A DNA stretch of 64,000 nt from an uncultured archaeon (GTDB taxonomy: Archaea; Aenigmatarchaeota; Aenigmatarchaeia; QMZP01; QMZT01): assembly GCA_964347025.1 (NCBI GenBank), contig CAYFWU010000002.1, positions 5,187 through 69,186 of the forward strand, written 5' to 3'. Under the pieces are notes generated by a model. That model searched no databases. It saw only the letters and a list, made by a program, of their open reading frames with translations, and was not told where the DNA came from. Shown one piece after another: positions 11,201 through 18,834 of the stretch. The translations under genes and the position numbers were made by a program. Position 1 is the stretch's first letter. Every line of letters begins with the position of its first letter.

Positions 11201-11275
11201 TACCTTGTCACCCACCGGGTCTTTCAATTCACCCTTAAACCCAACCTCAACAAAATTGACCGACGATGCAGACAT
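8273..11275 (-). CDS. purL: Phosphoribosylformylglycinamidine synthase subunit PurL with an N-terminal tandem PurS-like extension
   Basis: 1000 aa. The PurL core starts near LAQTWSDHCKHKNF, around residue 245. The preceding ~225 aa contain two PurS-like units: VEVGFKGELKDPVGDKVREGIKRNLG... and IEVGYKAGVKDNVGDTARTAIEDV.... No separate purS is present in the operon. Confidence 0.9.
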   Translation of the reverse strand: MSASSVNFVEVGFKGELKDPVGDKVREGIKRNLGIHVDSVRSTNVYTIDREMTLRQLEELKENLFADPVVHSSSINRQLNVGDFDFGIEVGYKAGVKDNVGDTARTAIEDVSGEGFPEGENVYSSRRYFLKGDLSRNDAERIARKLLANDLIESITLFDPQGWKKGLPYNVKKVTSEHKPQVRYVNLDVSDEELMRLSDENVWSLNLKEMKVIGKYFSRPDVVEERKKYGLPASPTDTEIEVLAQTWSDHCKHKNFNKRVLYKRYGIPVRIIDSLYKTYIQRATEKIRKKKGDKDFCVSVFTDNAGVVRFNDKLNIILKVETHNAPSALDPYGGAITGIVGVNRDPMGTGMGGELLANTDFFCFAPPDYGKELPYKSKNQQILHPARIKEGVRQGVEDGGNQSGIPTVSGGFYFHDSYLGKPCVHVGTLAKSPPHINGKPSHVKEVLDGDYVVMVGGRVGKDGIHGATFSSEDLREGSPTSAVQIGDSYTQKIMYDFLMEARDLGYFRTLTDNGAGGLSSSVGEMARLSGGFEIDLEKVPLKYAGLDPWEIMVSESQERMTVVLKPEYRGKFLELAKRRGVEATILGNFNKSDKFHVRYGDQTVAYLDMDFVHEGVPQWEATANWKRPKYKEPEIERKERYDDDLSGLLSSWNICSREWTIRQYDHEVKGGSVVKPLVGKNNDGPSDASIIRPDLESKEGLIVTHGHRPSYSDIDTYWMAATAIDEGIRNVIAVGGNLDWLAFNDNFCWPSPIGDEYKEAQLDRANKALYKFTKGFGTPCISGKDSMSIGYNVCDKDGNKLGKIAGQPSLLMTAIGKIDDSRKAVTMDFKSPGDFIYVVGKTYDELGGSEYYNLHNSTGNKVPKVRLRKARKMYRAVSDVMGRELVESCHDCSEGGLAVALAESSFAGGYGTHVDLSKVPASHKARKSDDILLFSESNSRFVVTVAPENRREFERAMKGNYACVGRVTEDSYMTVKGSRGNYVIDENINHLKAAWQSREV

Positions 11276-12181
11276 TCATTCACCAATTCGAAATCCGTAG
11301 TAGGGAAGCTCTTCCATGTCCAACGAAACAGTGAAATCATCGATGGCTAACCTTCCCTTTGAAGTCAATTCAAGCGCCTTCGCATAGGTAGGACCGTCCC
11401 CACCCCACTTCATCTCATCCTGTAAATCATCACGGGCGTAATCAGCGACAGCTCCGATGTTCCACTCTCTAAGCTTTCTGGTAACAGATTTTCTTTTAAC
11501 AGGAAACTTTTTTGATTGAACCAGTATGGGACCCCCGTCAACTTCCTTCGTGAGTATGTGAACAGTGGCTCTTGTATATTCCTCCCCGTTCAGTACAGCC
11601 AATGTGACCGCGTCAGGGCCTGTGTATGCTCTTTTCCAGCCATTCTTCTTGATTATTTCAAGTAGACTTTTAACGTCACTTGGAATCCCCCCTTCACCTG
11701 CACGGAAAACCTCGAAAGGAATATAAAATTCTTCCTTCGCTTTCCTGAATATGTGGAGAGGGGCAGGGTGGACGTTGAAAACATGACTTTCGTGTTCGCT
11801 CAGCAGAGGGTCGCTTACAATATGCATGTAACCTGAAAGCGCTATTATGTCTGGATCGAATTGCTCAATGTCCCTGCAGACTTGTTCGTAATAGAATTTT
11901 CTGTTATCGAAAACCTTTGGATTGAGATTTTTCTCCTGGTAGAAGGTTTTCCTGTCGAGAATTATTACTGGAACTTCTTTATCCTTTGCTATGCCTATTC
12001 CCTTCTCTGCAGACTGCTTGTCAGTGAAGGCAGCGACGACTTTGTAAAGCTTTCCATGATTTGGATCGTTTTCAAGCATGTACTTCATGGATGAAGCTCC
12101 ACCAGAGAAAAAAACCATAACCCTCATCGGTTCATCTATACTTCCACTTTCATCAGTCCGTGGTTTGTATAGTAATTGCAT
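11276..12181 (-). CDS. Formyltransferase-family protein, PurN-like (GAR transformylase candidate) with a C-terminal extension
   Basis: 301 aa. Motifs: MVFFSGGASS, IIALSGYMHIV, FNVHPAPL (compare NxHPSLLP in PurN). It lies between purM and purL, and its stop abuts the purL start. Confidence 0.6.
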   Translation of the reverse strand: MQLLYKPRTDESGSIDEPMRVMVFFSGGASSMKYMLENDPNHGKLYKVVAAFTDKQSAEKGIGIAKDKEVPVIILDRKTFYQEKNLNPKVFDNRKFYYEQVCRDIEQFDPDIIALSGYMHIVSDPLLSEHESHVFNVHPAPLHIFRKAKEEFYIPFEVFRAGEGGIPSDVKSLLEIIKKNGWKRAYTGPDAVTLAVLNGEEYTRATVHILTKEVDGGPILVQSKKFPVKRKSVTRKLREWNIGAVADYARDDLQDEMKWGGDGPTYAKALELTSKGRLAIDDFTVSLDMEELPYYGFRIGE

Positions 12182-12192
12182 AAAAATTACCC

Positions 12193-13233
12193 TTAATACC
12201 TACCGATATCTATACCGTTTACGATTATCTTACCCTTTCCCTCCTTCAGTTTACCTATCTCTCTAGCTCTCAACCCATCGTGCTCAACTCTTTTTATAAG
12301 ATCTCCAGGTCTTGAAGTACCCAAAACCATCACATGTCCCATATTGAAAGTTCTGTACATCTCCCTATCGGACACATTTCGTCCTTCCTGTATGACTTGA
12401 AATATTGTGTTGGGTCTCATATCAAATTCTATTTCGGCATCCAGTTTCTTAGGCAAGATCCTGGCTATATTTCTATATCCGCCTCCTGTTATAGGGGCGA
12501 AAAAGTAAACCTTTTCAGTATTTTTCAGCTTGTGCATTAATTCTGAAATTATAAGGCTCGGCGAAGTCAGTTCTTCAATTAATGTTCTGTCGGTTACCCT
12601 TTCATTTAGATCGTATATATTTAGCTCGTATAATTCTCTGGCCAAAGTAAGACCATTTGACTGTAAAGTATATCCTCCTCTTTCCTGATCATAACCTTCA
12701 ATTCCTACTATGGACAAACCTTTGGTCAGGTCACTCCTCCGGGCTATGAATTCTTTGTGTCTTTTTTCGTCTTCAAGTCCAACAGCTGTTCCGGCCCAAT
12801 CGAACGTCCCTTCCTTTATCTGGTCAGGCAAAGTTGCCGTTTCCCCGCCAGCAATGAAAACCTTTGCCTTTTCACAGGCCTCTCTCAAACCCCTGTTCAT
12901 TTGTTCTGCAAGTTTTTTGTCCATCTTGGGCAGGGCGACATAATCGACGAAAAATATAGGGTCTATGAACTCAGCCGCAAGATCATTAACATTCATCGCC
13001 AGTAGATCGTAAGCTGCACCAGATACATCTCCCTTCTTTATATAACAGATGATCTTGCTCCCTACGCCATCCGTGCTTATCCCTATTGCCTTCCCATACT
13101 CGTACGCATAACCCGCAAATATCCCAGGAAATTTCTCAATGCCTGCGGTCAAGCCTTTAACGAATTGACTTTCACGGTATGTACTAACACCCGATTGTGC
13201 ATATGTTCTTCCCTTTCCCATAAAAACCCTCAA
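12193..13233 (-). CDS. purM: Phosphoribosylformylglycinamidine cyclo-ligase (AIR synthetase)
   Basis: 346 aa. GISTDGVGSK, NVNDLAA and IAGGETA motifs of PurM. The start may be the internal Met four codons downstream. Confidence 0.9.
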   Translation of the reverse strand: MRVFMGKGRTYAQSGVSTYRESQFVKGLTAGIEKFPGIFAGYAYEYGKAIGISTDGVGSKIICYIKKGDVSGAAYDLLAMNVNDLAAEFIDPIFFVDYVALPKMDKKLAEQMNRGLREACEKAKVFIAGGETATLPDQIKEGTFDWAGTAVGLEDEKRHKEFIARRSDLTKGLSIVGIEGYDQERGGYTLQSNGLTLARELYELNIYDLNERVTDRTLIEELTSPSLIISELMHKLKNTEKVYFFAPITGGGYRNIARILPKKLDAEIEFDMRPNTIFQVIQEGRNVSDREMYRTFNMGHVMVLGTSRPGDLIKRVEHDGLRAREIGKLKEGKGKIIVNGIDIGRY

Positions 13234-13285
13234 AACTTGTTATATTAAATAAAGAAAAAAATTTTTTATTGGTATATGTTTCCAA

Positions 13286-13768
13286 TCACTTGTTGAACCT
13301 GTCGTAGAATCTCCCCAGCAAGTAACCGAACGCCAGGAAGAAAAGTATGTTTAGAGGGGTGAACATGATGAACGTGGTCTGTACCATTACCAGGGGGAGA
13401 CCTGATCCCGGGAAGGCGAGTTCTGCGATACCTGTCCCTATTATCAAAAGAATAACGAAACACAGGCCTTTCCTTTTCGAGTTCTTCCCCAGAAGTTCTC
13501 CATGAAGAATCATGAAAATAATACCCAGTATCGCCCCGACTATCAGCCCGCTCATTATCGCCCCGGGTATGCTCATAGCGACAGTGATAGGGTAGACCTG
13601 CTCAGCTGTTATAGGGATATCGTAGGGGACACTTGCGAACTGTGCCTGGATCTGCTTTATGATATCGTCTTTCATAACGATGGTTATCGCCAGGGCAACG
13701 ATCCCGGTGAGAAACCCGTATACCGCTCCTGCGACCACCCCTGTCTTCAACCCAGGCTTCCATTTCAT
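13286..13768 (-). CDS. Integral membrane protein (hypothetical, about 4 TM)
   Basis: 160 aa with four long hydrophobic segments. No motif recognised. Confidence 0.5.
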   Translation of the reverse strand: MKWKPGLKTGVVAGAVYGFLTGIVALAITIVMKDDIIKQIQAQFASVPYDIPITAEQVYPITVAMSIPGAIMSGLIVGAILGIIFMILHGELLGKNSKRKGLCFVILLIIGTGIAELAFPGSGLPLVMVQTTFIMFTPLNILFFLAFGYLLGRFYDRFNK

Positions 13769-13808
13769 ATAACCACTAATGATTTCTGTATTAATAAAAA
13801 GAAAGGTC

Positions 13809-14558
13809 TCACTCCTCTACCCTTGGAGCGAGTATGAACGAAAGGTTAATCTTGTCGATGGATTTGAAGTTCAATCGCATGGGGTAGTCCGTTCCAAACT
13901 CAACATCTACCTGTTCAGAGAGTTTTGCTGCCTTTATCATCTTTTTCAGGTATTCTAAGGGATATCTTGACTTCAGAGGTTCGGACGAGTCCAGTTTTCT
14001 CAAACCCTCTTCACCCTTTTTCAGCTCAAGCTGCGCGGAAGAAACGTCTCCCTTTGCCCACATCTTGAAAAGATCAGGATGCGCTTCAAAAACGACGGAA
14101 TCATCCACTATGTCCGCGTCTGAAATCCCTTCCTCCAAAACGCTCGAATCCAGTTCGACCTTGCCTTTGAAATCCAGCTGGTCTACAGGAGGTTTCTCAC
14201 CCGTTATATCAAGAAGAGGTAGCTCGAATCTCCTTCTACCTCTCCCTTCAAGGACAACCTCCAAAAAATTTGTTCCTTCATCCTTTTTAAGGGTAACCTT
14301 ATCCTCGTTTTTTATCCTCTTAACGACTGCCACAAGGTTGGCGAGATTCAAACCTAGCGAATCCTCACCAGTAACCTTGAAATCATCAAAGGCCGATGCC
14401 AACAACTGGAAGTTCACAACAGCTATCATGCTCCTGTCTGGAGATAACAAAGACATCCCGTTAGAATCAACCTTGAATACCCCCTCATCAATAATCTCCG
14501 ATATTATTGGAATTGAATTCTTCAACAGGTCCACATTGGACAGACTTATCTTAAACAT
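13809..14558 (-). CDS. pcn: DNA polymerase sliding clamp (PCNA)
   Basis: 249 aa. It begins MFKISLSNVDLLKNSIPIISEIIDEGVFKVDSNGMSLLSPDRSMIAVV and has the two-domain length and C-terminus typical of archaeal PCNA. Confidence 0.9.
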   Translation of the reverse strand: MFKISLSNVDLLKNSIPIISEIIDEGVFKVDSNGMSLLSPDRSMIAVVNFQLLASAFDDFKVTGEDSLGLNLANLVAVVKRIKNEDKVTLKKDEGTNFLEVVLEGRGRRRFELPLLDITGEKPPVDQLDFKGKVELDSSVLEEGISDADIVDDSVVFEAHPDLFKMWAKGDVSSAQLELKKGEEGLRKLDSSEPLKSRYPLEYLKKMIKAAKLSEQVDVEFGTDYPMRLNFKSIDKINLSFILAPRVEE

Positions 14559-14574
14559 ATCCTCACCTCACTTC

Positions 14575-14913
14575 TCAAACACTTTCCCTTTCCAGTTCGT
14601 TAACCTTTTTGTAAAGATCGAGATCAACATCCTTCATATCCTGGATGACCTCTCCCTGGATTTCGACCCCGTCTTCAATTGGTATTGTCCTGCCAAAAAC
14701 CCTGACCAGGTGATTTGTTTCGAATTCCACAGGTTCCGCGAAACTCACATTTATCTTCCCTGTCCCGTCGTCGATCACTATTACGTTATCCTTCTTGTCT
14801 ATTATTGTTCCAAGCAAGCGAACCCGAACGTCGCCCTTGTCTATCTCCGATACCCTCTTCCCGAGGGATGGAAGTCTCCTCGGTGAAACAAATCCTTCAA
14901 GTGTTTCTGGCAT
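14575..14913 (-). CDS. OB-fold nucleic-acid-binding protein (RPA-associated/RPA14-like candidate)
   Basis: 112 aa. VRVRLLGTIIDKKDNVIVIDDGTGKINVSF...LVRVFGR is a classic OB-barrel pattern. It is immediately upstream of pcn on the same strand. Confidence 0.55.
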   Translation of the reverse strand: MPETLEGFVSPRRLPSLGKRVSEIDKGDVRVRLLGTIIDKKDNVIVIDDGTGKINVSFAEPVEFETNHLVRVFGRTIPIEDGVEIQGEVIQDMKDVDLDLYKKVNELERESV

Positions 14914-14983
14914 ATATTACCTTTATATTGATTGAAAATTTATAAGCGTTAGTTTTATATCGAACCAAAAACAAATCTAGATT

Positions 14984-16408
14984 ATGAGATATTTATTCAT
15001 AACAATCTTCCTATGCCTTTCGCTTTTGGCTGTTCCTGCCCTTTCACTGGAGAATAACATGTACTTCTCTGTCAGTCCTTACACGGACTACAGCTGTGTT
15101 TACGTGAACCTGCCGCAGGACTTAGGTCTGATATCCGTTGAAAATAATCTGGAATCGATAATTGAGGCAAACAAGGAGGAGAGCCTATGGGTGGATACAA
15201 CGTACAACAAGGTTGTTGTTAATCCCGGAGTTTTGAACAAGAATCCCCTTTGTTTTTATTATCCTGGAAGGGGCGAAGGCGACTTCTCTTTCTACAAGGT
15301 AAAGGTTTATTCCCCCGGCACAGGGGTTTCAAACGAGATGTCAGGAGGTTTATGCATTTCCGAATACGACGATATGGATGGCGGGCCGAATGCAACACAG
15401 ACAACAAACATATGTAAATTGCTGAATGACAACGCCGATCTGTTTGATCTCCAGTTCAAGTACGAAACCAGTTTTGCCAATCCAGGGGAAACCTTGACGA
15501 AGACCATCTATCTGACGTCCTATGCAAGGCTTAACATAGACCTGACGATAATAACAACCCTCCAGTCAGATTTCGGAAGCCAGACCGTTTCCACGTCCCC
15601 TGAACGTCCATTGGTGACGAAGAGCTTCAAGGTAAAGGTCCCGAGCAAGGAAGGTGAATATTCCCTTATAGTATTTGCCAAAGTCAGGGGGTGCGGACTG
15701 AAGCTTTGCGAGAAGGAGGTGGAGGGCAAGATAAACGTGGCAAGCGATTTCGTAAACAAGGGTTTTGTAACAACCATTGTCCCCAAAAACATAAACCTCA
15801 AGACTCCTCAGGAAACAATTTACAGGTTGTTGATCACAAATTACGAAGATTCTGATGAATTCTCGATAGAAACCAATTCTGACCCTTCGGTAAGCATAGA
15901 CCCGAAATCGATAACTACATCCATTGGCAAAGACGAGGAAAAGACCTTGACCTTCAAGGTGACCCCACCCTCGGCCGAACCCACCCTCTACAGACTTTAC
16001 TTCAAGGTTAAGACGAGCAAGGCGGAAAAAATGGTCAACGCTTACCTAACAGTCGGTGAACTCTTGACAGATGCTTTCCGTGAGTCAACAAACCTTGAGA
16101 ACACCCTAACAGATCCTCTCGCTCTGAACAAGATAACGCTTGCAAAAAATGAATTCATAAACAGCTACAACACCAGTTCCTATGGGGATGAACTGGACGA
16201 TTATGAGAAGTTCAAGGAAGATCTGGATAATGCAAGGACCGGTTTAAACGGAAACGGCATTCAACCACCACCGCCACCAGACGGTATCGGAGGACTAGAC
16301 TGGATATGGTTCGTGATACCCGTGGTAATAATAGTAGTCGTTCTCCTATTCTTCATTTTCAAGAAATCCAGGGTTGTAAAGGACCTGGAATATCCTGAAT
16401 TTGAATAA
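14984..16408 (+). CDS. Secreted, C-terminally membrane-anchored surface protein (hypothetical)
   Basis: 474 aa. Signal peptide MRYLFITIFLCLSLLAVPALS, a PPPPPDG linker, then the TM WIWFVIPVVIIVVVLLFFIF followed by KKSR. Confidence 0.6.
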   Translation: MRYLFITIFLCLSLLAVPALSLENNMYFSVSPYTDYSCVYVNLPQDLGLISVENNLESIIEANKEESLWVDTTYNKVVVNPGVLNKNPLCFYYPGRGEGDFSFYKVKVYSPGTGVSNEMSGGLCISEYDDMDGGPNATQTTNICKLLNDNADLFDLQFKYETSFANPGETLTKTIYLTSYARLNIDLTIITTLQSDFGSQTVSTSPERPLVTKSFKVKVPSKEGEYSLIVFAKVRGCGLKLCEKEVEGKINVASDFVNKGFVTTIVPKNINLKTPQETIYRLLITNYEDSDEFSIETNSDPSVSIDPKSITTSIGKDEEKTLTFKVTPPSAEPTLYRLYFKVKTSKAEKMVNAYLTVGELLTDAFRESTNLENTLTDPLALNKITLAKNEFINSYNTSSYGDELDDYEKFKEDLDNARTGLNGNGIQPPPPPDGIGGLDWIWFVIPVVIIVVVLLFFIFKKSRVVKDLEYPEFE

Positions 16409-16432
16409 AAATATAAAAAAAGATTAATTCTT

Positions 16433-17449
16433 ATGAAAAACGTTTTTTTGTTCGTCCTGTCAGGAGAACATAAAACCCTTCCTATAGCGGAGCTGGAAGC
16501 CGTTCTTTCGCTAGCTAATGATTTCGACCTCTTGGAAACAAAAAAGAATTTTGCAATTTACAAGACCTCCCGTTCGGGTTCAAGGTTTCTGAAAATCCTT
16601 TCCAGACGCCTTGCCCTTACGCATTCCATTCACAAGTTCATCGGTTCATGCTACTGGAAGGACATTGAAAAATTTCTTAATGCCCTTCCCAAGTTTGAAA
16701 TGCCTTACAGGGTGAGGGTTCGTCTTTACGAAAATAAGGAAAAAACAGAGTCCCTTGAAAAACAAATCGGTGGACTGGTTTCCGAGATAATCAAGAGATC
16801 CGGAAGGAAACCGGTAATCAAACTGGAAAAACCCAAGACATCACTTGAATTTTTCATTACAGGGAACGAGGTTTACTGCTGTTCGAAGATCTTGGAAATT
16901 GACAAGAAACCCTTCGCCGACAGGAGACCCAGGAAAAAGCCTTTCGTAAAACCCGTATCCATGGACCCCAGGATCGCGAGGGTGATGGTGAACCTTTCGA
17001 GAAAGGACAGCGGACGAATCCTTGATCCTTTCTGCGGGACAGGAGGAATACTAATCGAAGCGGGCATTATAGGACTGAAGCTATTCGGAGTGGACAGAGA
17101 CGAGGAGATGGTCAAAGGATGTAAAAGGAATCTTGAATTTTTCAATCTAAAGGGAGAGGTGAGAGAAGGGGATGCAAGAAACCTCGAAAAATCTTTCGGA
17201 GGGAACTTTTTCGATGGGATCGTGACAGATCCTCCATACGGACGACTTTCGTCTACAAAAGGGAGTGATACTGAAAGTCTGTACAATGAGAGCATGGTAT
17301 CAATTGAAAGGGTTTTGAAACCCGGAAGCTTCCTGGTAATGGCTGTACCAACAAATATTAATATAAAGACAAAAATGAAATTAATAGAAATCCACAGGGA
17401 AAGAATCAACAGGAGTCTTGAAAGGAATATAATGGTTTACAGAAAGTGA
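16433..17449 (+). CDS. THUMP-domain tRNA (guanine10-N2)-methyltransferase (Trm-G10 / aTrm11 family)
   Basis: 338 aa. It has a THUMP-like N-terminal half, the SAM-binding motif LDPFCGTGGILIEAG and the catalytic VTDPPYG. Confidence 0.8.
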   Translation: MKNVFLFVLSGEHKTLPIAELEAVLSLANDFDLLETKKNFAIYKTSRSGSRFLKILSRRLALTHSIHKFIGSCYWKDIEKFLNALPKFEMPYRVRVRLYENKEKTESLEKQIGGLVSEIIKRSGRKPVIKLEKPKTSLEFFITGNEVYCCSKILEIDKKPFADRRPRKKPFVKPVSMDPRIARVMVNLSRKDSGRILDPFCGTGGILIEAGIIGLKLFGVDRDEEMVKGCKRNLEFFNLKGEVREGDARNLEKSFGGNFFDGIVTDPPYGRLSSTKGSDTESLYNESMVSIERVLKPGSFLVMAVPTNINIKTKMKLIEIHRERINRSLERNIMVYRK

Positions 17450-17461
17450 GGAGGTCGAAGC

Positions 17462-17758
17462 ATGAAAGCAGTGTTTTTCATCCCATCAGAGAATTACTCG
17501 AAGGCGAAGAACCTGGTTTACGAAGACGATTTGATATCAAGGCAGTCAATAAACTTCCGAGAATCCAAGGCGCTTGGACTGAAGAAGGAAGGTTATTATC
17601 TGGAGATTGATGGTTCTGAGGAGGCAATAAAAAAATTGGCTGAACTGCTCAAAGATCTCGGGAAAGAGGTCGATAAAAAGGAAAAAGAAGAGGTTCTGCA
17701 GAAAATATCTGAACAGGAAGAATCAGCAGCGGCAGGGTTTGGTTCAATTTTCGGCTGA
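17462..17758 (+). CDS. Small acidic protein with a ribosomal-stalk-like C-terminal tail (hypothetical)
   Basis: 98 aa. It ends ...KKEKEEVLQKISEQEESAAAGFGSIFG*. See the finding for this interval. Confidence 0.55.
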   Translation: MKAVFFIPSENYSKAKNLVYEDDLISRQSINFRESKALGLKKEGYYLEIDGSEEAIKKLAELLKDLGKEVDKKEKEEVLQKISEQEESAAAGFGSIFG

Positions 17759-17765
17759 ATTGACT

Positions 17766-17788
17766 GACGCATATTTTTAATATGCGTC
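17766..17788. promoter_or_regulatory. Perfect 10-bp inverted repeat (GACGCATATT ttt AATATGCGTC) containing a TATA-like core
   Basis: Read directly from the sequence. It lies 8 nt after the stop at 17758 and 12 nt before tRNA-Gly at 17800. It could be the upstream terminator hairpin, the tRNA promoter (TTTTTAATA about 25 nt upstream), or both. Confidence 0.35.
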
Positions 17789-17799
17789 TATCGACATGT

Positions 17800-17957
17800 G
17801 CGCCGGTAGTCTAGTCTGGTAGGACACAGGCTTGCCAAGTGGAAACCGCCTGCGGGTTTCCACCCATCCCGCAGCCACGTAAAAAGCCTGTAACCCGGGT
17901 TCAAAGGGCGTATGAAGCGGACAAGTCTGCTTCTGTCTGAAGTTCCCGGTCGGCGCA
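17800..17957 (+). tRNA. tRNA-Gly(GCC) with two introns (canonical 37/38 and T-loop)
   Basis: GCGCCGG TA GTCT AGTCTGGTA GGAC A CAGGC TTGCCA[47-nt intron 17838-17884]A GCCTG TAAC CCGGG TTCAAA[38-nt intron 17906-17943]T CCCGG TCGGCGC A. The mature length would be 73 nt. The anticodon-loop intron contains the hairpin GTGGAAACC...GGTTTCCAC. Confidence 0.8.
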
Positions 17958-18031
17958 TAATATGGTTTAAATGGTTAAACCTGACTTCTAATTAATTAAT
18001 TTATTTATTATTGCAAAGCGAAATAATAAAC

Positions 18032-18559
18032 ATGAAAATATTTGGTAAATCAGAAAAGGATAAACAACCACCTAAGCCTCCCAAGCCACCAGTACCAAGC
18101 AAACAGGCGAGACCAGGAGCTGATACCGGACCAAGCAGGGTAAGGCTCCCTCCATTGAAAATTTCTCAACCGGAAAGTTCTCCTGAGGGTTCACCACCAC
18201 TCTTCATAAAAGTTGATAAGTACAGGGACGTGATCAGGAACATGCGTAACCTAAGATCATACATTCTCAACCTGAGGGACGCCCTGGATGTTCTGGAAGA
18301 CATCCAAAAGGAGCTTGCAAACGGTGTTCACATAGCTCAGAAAACCTTGGATGAACTGAATGTCATTCTTTCATCTCTGGACTCATTTTTCCTGAAACCG
18401 AACATAGTTGAACACGAGGAGAGAGAGGAAAAGATTGAACATGAAGAGTACAGACCTCGTCATCCAGAGGCCCCAGCACCTAGAGAAGTGGAGGGTTACG
18501 TAAGGGATGTTTACGGTGAGCTTGAAAGGCTAAGAAACCAGCTTAGATCAATAAGTTAA
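18032..18559 (+). CDS. Proline-rich N-terminus plus coiled-coil protein (hypothetical)
   Basis: The track ORF starts at a TTG (18011); the ATG at 18032 is preferred. It has PPKPPKPPVPSK, then PLFIKVDKYRDVIRNMRNLRSYILNLRDALDVLEDIQKEL. No family recognised. Confidence 0.5.
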   Translation: MKIFGKSEKDKQPPKPPKPPVPSKQARPGADTGPSRVRLPPLKISQPESSPEGSPPLFIKVDKYRDVIRNMRNLRSYILNLRDALDVLEDIQKELANGVHIAQKTLDELNVILSSLDSFFLKPNIVEHEEREEKIEHEEYRPRHPEAPAPREVEGYVRDVYGELERLRNQLRSIS

Positions 18560-18594
18560 ATATAAAAACTACTTTTAGTATTTTATTATAACAG

Positions 18595-18769
18595 GCGGGG
18601 GTAGCCAAGTGGTCAAACACATTAATGGACTAAAGGCGATAGCGTGGTCTTGAACTCTGATTCAAGATGATGTCGATGCTCAAGACCTATTCACTTAGTG
18701 TGTTCCTGGGTTCGAAGGGCGCATGATTCCGATTTCATCGGAATCCGTCTGGAGTTCCCAGCCCCCGCA
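18595..18769 (+). tRNA. tRNA-Leu(CAA) with three probable introns (D-loop, anticodon stem, T-loop)
   Basis: GCGGGGG TA GCCAAGTGGTCAA[~17 nt, 18617-18633]AGGC G ATAG[35 nt, 18643-18677]G CTCAAGA CCTAT TCACTTAGTGTGTTC CTGGG TTCGAA[39 nt, 18717-18755]T CCCAG CCCCCGC A. After removal the class II tRNA is 84 nt with discriminator A73. Exact intron borders are ambiguous by 1-2 nt. Confidence 0.75.
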
Positions 18770-18834
18770 TATTGCTGGAACTCTGATTTTCCCTGCACAT
18801 AAAATTTTTAAATCCAACAGGTATAGGATAAATC

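Noticed and set aside
18643-18677. A C/D-box sRNA encoded in the tRNA-Leu anticodon-stem intron (CTGA and GATGATG words).
   Set aside because: The boxes are imperfect and in the wrong order unless the intron is circularised. There is no K-turn-compatible pairing or guide region that I could justify.
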